16,903 nt of DNA, from positions 1 to 16,903 of the forward strand of contig JACVGW010000060.1 of NCBI GenBank assembly GCA_018992565.1, in the 5' to 3' direction. Below are positions 15,996 to 16,903 of the stretch, one piece after another. The notes beneath the pieces are model-generated. The model did no database searches, was not told the origin of the DNA, and saw only the letters and a list, made by a program, of their open reading frames with translations. Numbering within the stretch: the stretch's first letter is position 1; the number at the start of each line of letters is the position of its first letter. A program made the position numbers and the translations under genes. This stretch comes from Theionarchaea archaeon (GTDB lineage: Archaea > Methanobacteriota_B > Thermococci > Methanofastidiosales > SZ-28-30).

Positions 15996-16581
15996 AAAGC
16001 AGAATCTCAAAAGGAATGTCAATGAAGTGGTCTAATTTTCTGATGAGTATTGAATCTGAGGTGGCTGTAATGAGGTTCAGCTGTGCCAGAACCAGGTCCA
16101 CGTGCTTTGTAATTGTGCAGGGGAAGTGGGTTCTCACCAGGGAACAGAGATCTCCAGAATGAGATACCTGCTGGTCAAAGTAGAAGGTTGCAGTACGGGG
16201 TGAATGTGAGGTGAGGACTGCAAAAATCTCCTGAAGGGCTCGGTGAGTAAGATCCGTGAGAGTATACTTTCCAAAGATGCCCTTGATGTCTCTGACCACC
16301 GAATCATCGCAGATGAGGGCATCACCAGTCAGGACGGCCTCGGTGGATATTAATACATTATATCCATCTATGGCGATGTCCTGGCCTTGAATTCGTTCTA
16401 AATGGACTTTCTTCTGTCTGATTGAGCTGGCTTCTTCTTCTGAGAATACGGTTCGGGCCAGAAAGTGGCGATCTTCTTTCTGGAGCTGGTAGTGATTGCA
16501 TACAAAGGTGAGAGCATAGGACTTTCTGTATCCTCGATTTAGAAGATGCCGCAGATCATCAGTCGCTTCGTGTATAGACAT
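15982..16581 (-). CDS. DUF434 domain protein with PIN/NYN-like C-terminal domain
   Basis: EA..DLR.LLNRGY.K..AL.FV.NHYQL....R..L.R.VFS, then IAIDGYNVLI..E, D.VVRD, YFD..VSHSG, VD..L, ATSDS.L. Start at ATG 16581 avoids overlap with the upstream ORF. Confidence 0.85.
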   Translation of the reverse strand: MSIHEATDDLRHLLNRGYRKSYALTFVCNHYQLQKEDRHFLARTVFSEEEASSIRQKKVHLERIQGQDIAIDGYNVLISTEAVLTGDALICDDSVVRDIKGIFGKYTLTDLTHRALQEIFAVLTSHSPRTATFYFDQQVSHSGDLCSLVRTHFPCTITKHVDLVLAQLNLITATSDSILIRKLDHFIDIPFEILLSKPL

Positions 16582-16597
16582 AACAGAAAAGGGGTAT

Positions 16598-16903
16598 CTA
16601 GCCAGACTCGGACTGTTCCTGACCAAATCGATGTAGCACAATTCCTTTTATGGTATCTGCATCAGATGCAGCCTCCTTGGAGAAATCAAGAACAACGGTC
16701 AAATCTGCGCCCCGCTGCCATAACCCCACATGCAGCTCTGCCGATTTGTAAGAACTCAAGAGGGAATCCAGAATTCCTTCTCCTGATTCAACCTTTTTCT
16801 TTCCCACAATCTTGACAGGTTCCACTGATTGATTGAGGTAGTATCCATTGACTGCCATGAATCCAATCACTTCTTTGTATACATCAAGAGCCTTAATGCC
16901 TTT
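16598..16903 (-). CDS. Hypothetical protein, C-terminal part (open to the window edge)
   Basis: Frame is open from 16903 (KGIKALDVYKEVIGFMAVNGYY...RFGQEQSESG*). Co-oriented with DUF434, with 16 nt between its stop and the DUF434 start. No family recognised. Confidence 0.65.
   Translation of the reverse strand, partial: KGIKALDVYKEVIGFMAVNGYYLNQSVEPVKIVGKKKVESGEGILDSLLSSYKSAELHVGLWQRGADLTVVLDFSKEAASDADTIKGIVLHRFGQEQSESG

Noticed and set aside
1..16903. CRISPR array, transposase/IS element, intein or frameshifted pseudogene
   Set aside because: No periodic direct repeats, no transposase motifs, no intein-sized insertions, and all recognised genes have intact frames.

Overview
Archaeal genomic window. 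About 13.5 kb (1-13503, minus strand) is the archaeal S10/spc ribosomal protein superoperon. In transcription order it reads L3-L4-L23-L2-S19-L22-S3-L29-SUI1-Rpp29-S17-L14-L24-S4e-L5-S14-S8-L6-L32e-L19e-L18-S5-L30-L15-secY-EMC3/DUF106-L34e (partial), with GGTGA/GGAGG Shine-Dalgarno sites and tight stop/start overlaps. The gene order is euryarchaeal/Thermococci-like (inference), but adenylate kinase is absent from its usual position after secY. Upstream lie a BRE/TATA promoter and a ~120-nt structured 5' leader whose last hairpin occludes the L3 SD. Next come ~420 bp of apparently non-coding structured DNA and a 59-aa leaderless Cys/His-rich ORF (+) missed by the ORF track. The window ends with a convergent minus-strand cluster: trmO, DUF473, a PAC2-family proteasome chaperone with an HbYX tail, DUF434 (PIN/NYN-like) and a partial hypothetical ORF. 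The most unusual items are an eL32 with a Lys/Ser-rich insert plus what looks like an acidic tandem duplicate of its own C-terminal domain, the structured L3 leader, and the candidate ncRNA/small-protein region.
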